Origin: Podarcis liolepis
Taxonomy: Eukaryota
Strand: one strand, 5' to 3'
DNA: 64,000 nt
Assembly (NCBI GenBank): GCA_965112155.1
Contig: OZ218108.1
Part shown: positions 60,887 to 64,000 of the stretch, piece by piece
Layout of the letters: each line of letters starts with the position of its first letter
How positions within the stretch are numbered: position 1 is the stretch's first letter
Notes under the pieces: generated by a model
The model's database searches: none
What the model was told of the DNA's origin: nothing
The model's input: only the letters and a program-made list of their open reading frames with translations
Program-made: the position numbers and the translations under genes

Positions 60887-62370
60887 GTAAGTGTCTGGAA
60901 AAGACTGGCCTGTCCTTGGCACAATAGAACTCATAACTAAAATTTTCACTAGAGTGAAAGAATAGCACTGGAAAGGTTTATGATAATTCTGTTCTTACCA
61001 CAATGGAGTATGCTTTCGATAAAGTCATGCTTGTTTGCCTGAAAACGTTTCCCACTCATTTAGTCCAGGCAGAGGCAAACATTGGCAATGATTTGATTTG
61101 GTGACCTCCCTTTCCTCTTTTTATGGGACGGAGCCACTTTATGAGGAATTATTTGAAATCTTCTAATTTATAACAGAACCAGCTAATCCCAGTATTAAAC
61201 ACTCTTATTTGAAAGTTGTGTTTCTGTCCTCCAGCTGTATGCGTTAAATTTCTTCATCTGAAACAGGCCTTTAGTCGCCATAATTCTCCTGTACAATCAA
61301 GCAAATGGATAGTCTTAACAGGCCAGACGTGGAGTACCTCTTCGTGATTTGTTTTTCTCTCAATCCTTCTTGTACCTCTTTTTTAAATTCTCCCCAAAAG
61401 TTTCTGTGTCAATTTAGAAAATATAGACAAAGTTGCTATTCTAATTTCAGCTTACTTGGTTGTGTAAAAATCATGTCTAGCTCCTATTGCCCTAGTTCCT
61501 CTGTTTATGCATTAAGAATTGCATTAGTCATTTTGTCACAAAAGTCGAATTCTTGTCTGTCGTGATGTATTAAGTCTTCCTTAGAGACACTTCTTTCTAG
61601 GATTTATTTCTTCATTGTGCTGCATTGCTGTGCTGTGTGTTTTCCTGTTTCGCTGTTTCCTCTTTTCTTTTTTAAAAAATGGTATCATAGCATATTTGTG
61701 GCTAGAATTAGTAGGTTTTTCAGTCCATTAAGCATTGCTTGCTTATTAAATGGGAGATACCCTGTGGATTGAAGATGCTTTCTGAAATGATAGGATTTTC
61801 ATACTGAACTTGCTGTCAGTATTTGTGCCCTGTGCAAATTTAACTGTCAAGTATGTAGTGGGTTAGATGCAGAGAAATGCATGCATAAGGAACTGGAAGA
61901 AGCAGGCTTTAATACCCCTCCTCCCTGGCAGAAAACCTCCCCCATGAGCTGTGGCACAGGGGTCTGAGAGAGCAGGGAATACCTGAAAACAGAGGTTGCC
62001 TTCAGCCATTTTTTTCATAGCCGCTCTTTTTCCTCTCAGCCCACTGCTTTATCCCATCCAGCAATGTCCCCCGATCCCCTGGGAAGCCGCCTCCAAGAGC
62101 TTCTGGTGGAGGAGGTCCTATTAAGCACACATTTCTCTGGATCCAACAGAATATTTTCTTCATTGATAGAACGTTTGAATGATATTAATCTAATACAGGT
62201 GGTGACCATATTGTTCAGGGGGTTCCATTTCCAGTCCCTGTGCATGTCGGGTGTGTTCATAAGCCTGCCCCATTCCACCCCGTTCTGCCCTCTTCCGAGT
62301 CCAAAATAACTCATGTGTCGGCAATCACATGTCAATTGGACGCACCTGAAATGTTCGCTGCTTGTATAAA

Positions 62371-62697
62371 AAGGTCCAGTCGTGACCGACTCTGGGGTTG
62401 CGGCACTCATCTCGCTTTATTGGCTGAGGGAGCCGGCGTACTGCTTCCGGGTCATGTGGCCAGCATGACTAAGCTGCTTCTGGCGAACCAGAGCAGTGCA
62501 CGGAAACGCTGTTTACCTTCCCGCCGGAGCGGTACCTATTTATCTATTTGCACTTTGACGTGCTTTCGAACTGCTAGGTTGGCAGGAGAAGGGACTGAGC
62601 AACAGGAGCTCACCCCACTGCAGGGATTCAAACCGCCGACCTTGTGATCGGCAAGTCCTAGGCTCTGTGGTTCAACCCACAGCGCCACCCGCATCCC
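62371..62697 (-). mobile_element. Sauria SINE (tail partly lost) in intron 4
   Basis: Near-consensus family sequence on the - strand. Short TTGTATA duplication in the flanks. Confidence 0.9.
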
Positions 62698-64000
62698 ATC
62701 GCCGTTTGTATAGATCAGCTTTTAAATCTCATTCAAAAGATTGCATCGATTTGGAGATTGACTTGGCTCTGCCACCACAGTTAGAAGCTTCCACATGCCC
62801 ATTGCTAGAAACGGCAGGACAGGAGAGTGTTCTTGGGCTTGTAGGTTTCCCATAGGAATCTGGGTGGCCGCTATAAGAACAGGATGCTGGACTAGAATGG
62901 CCATTGGCGGGCTCTTCATTGACGGGCCCTTCTATGTACCCCATGAAAAACATTTTAAATATGTACCAGAAGGTTTTGTCCATTTTGCAAGTGTCCCTGA
63001 TATTGTTATGATGGGGCTCTTTCTTATATCCGCATATGTTCACAAGCCATTTCAAAATTTTAAGTATATTACACAAGCACAGCTATCAACCAAATGAACA
63101 ATCTTTTTTTAAAAAATAGCCCTAATGCAGTAAATGGATTTTTTTTTAAAAAAAATGAAACAAATCAAGCATACATTAACTTCCATAGAGAACACTCCTT
63201 TCAGCTTTTCCGTCATCTCCCCCAGTCTATAGTTACCCACAAGCAAACAAACAAAACCCTTCATATTTTCCCTGTGAGAGTATCGATAGAAGTTCAACTT
63301 CTTTCTGCTCGGATAGGGATTGAGCGTGGGAGAAGGATTTGATTCAGTTTTCATTTAAAGGTAAACCTGCTTAATTTCCAAAACATTGCATGAACTGAAA
63401 TACAGCCATCCTTTGAAATGGTTGTACAGTGTCTACAAAAATGCCTATGTGAGGGTAAAGTGTGCAAAAAAACACATATAGTCATGAAAATGACATACAA
63501 GAATGCATTTTATCTGGAGAAGTAGCTTTGCAAAAATATGTGTATTTGGAGAAATTTGCACTAATTAATTTTCACGGCAGCTGACATGGAAATGGGGAGA
63601 ACTGAACAAAAGATTAGAAAAATGAGCAACTTAGAGAAACCACAATTGACAGATTCTCTCATCCCTGTTCTTGATAACACATGCTGACAATATTTGCATT
63701 ATACTTACATCCAAGGAAAGACTGCGCTCAGAAGCAGAGAGTAGAGCCAAACATCTGAATGCCTTTTCCAATTGTTCTCTGTGTGACTTTTCTCACAAGT
63801 AGTTGAAAGGATTCAAATGCAGGCCCTCTTTTAAAAGGCTGGGGTTTTTACTCAGCTGTAATGTTTAAGCCAGTCTTTTAAATCCAACTTTCCCCATCTT
63901 CAGATCTTCCCAAGAAGAAAAAGTGTGACATTCCACGCAGCAACATGAATGATCTTTTCACTCTAGCATCTGAACATTTTTCAGCAGCACTTTTCTGGGG

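Noticed and set aside
60887-64000. ST8SIA4 final coding exon (YWLTNKV..PSTG..)
   Set aside because: No matching sequence found; it must lie downstream of the window.

Overview
Eukaryotic (squamate, most likely lacertid lizard) genomic DNA. The only protein-coding gene is the polysialyltransferase ST8SIA4 (PST) on the + strand: a CpG-island promoter at ~27.3 kb and coding exons 1-4 (27728-27840, 38231-38362, 50112-50369, 60593-60886; 113/132/258/294 nt, all introns phase 2, GT-AG). The last coding exon lies beyond the window. The 27 kb upstream and the introns are filled with squamate transposable elements: Sauria SINEs, a second tRNA-derived SINE, CR1, L2, L1, RTE-BovB, Rex1/Babar, Penelope-like elements, solo LTRs, and hAT and Tc1/mariner-pogo MITEs. 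Many have readable target-site duplications (TSDs) and several are nested. The most interesting non-obvious signals are RNA-structural: (1) minimal hammerhead ribozymes in Penelope pseudo-LTRs, including a ~190-bp element that is a perfect 59-bp hairpin with a hammerhead in its loop; (2) a shared 13-bp TGA..G insertion signature pointing to internal priming; (3) an HDV-like double-pseudoknot topology at the 5' end of a twin-primed BovB; (4) inverted SINE pairs flanking in-frame ST8SIA4 exons. Almost all ORFs in the supplied track are spurious. I see no prokaryotic systems and no clearly new protein-coding system. Family names were assigned from memory, without database searches.
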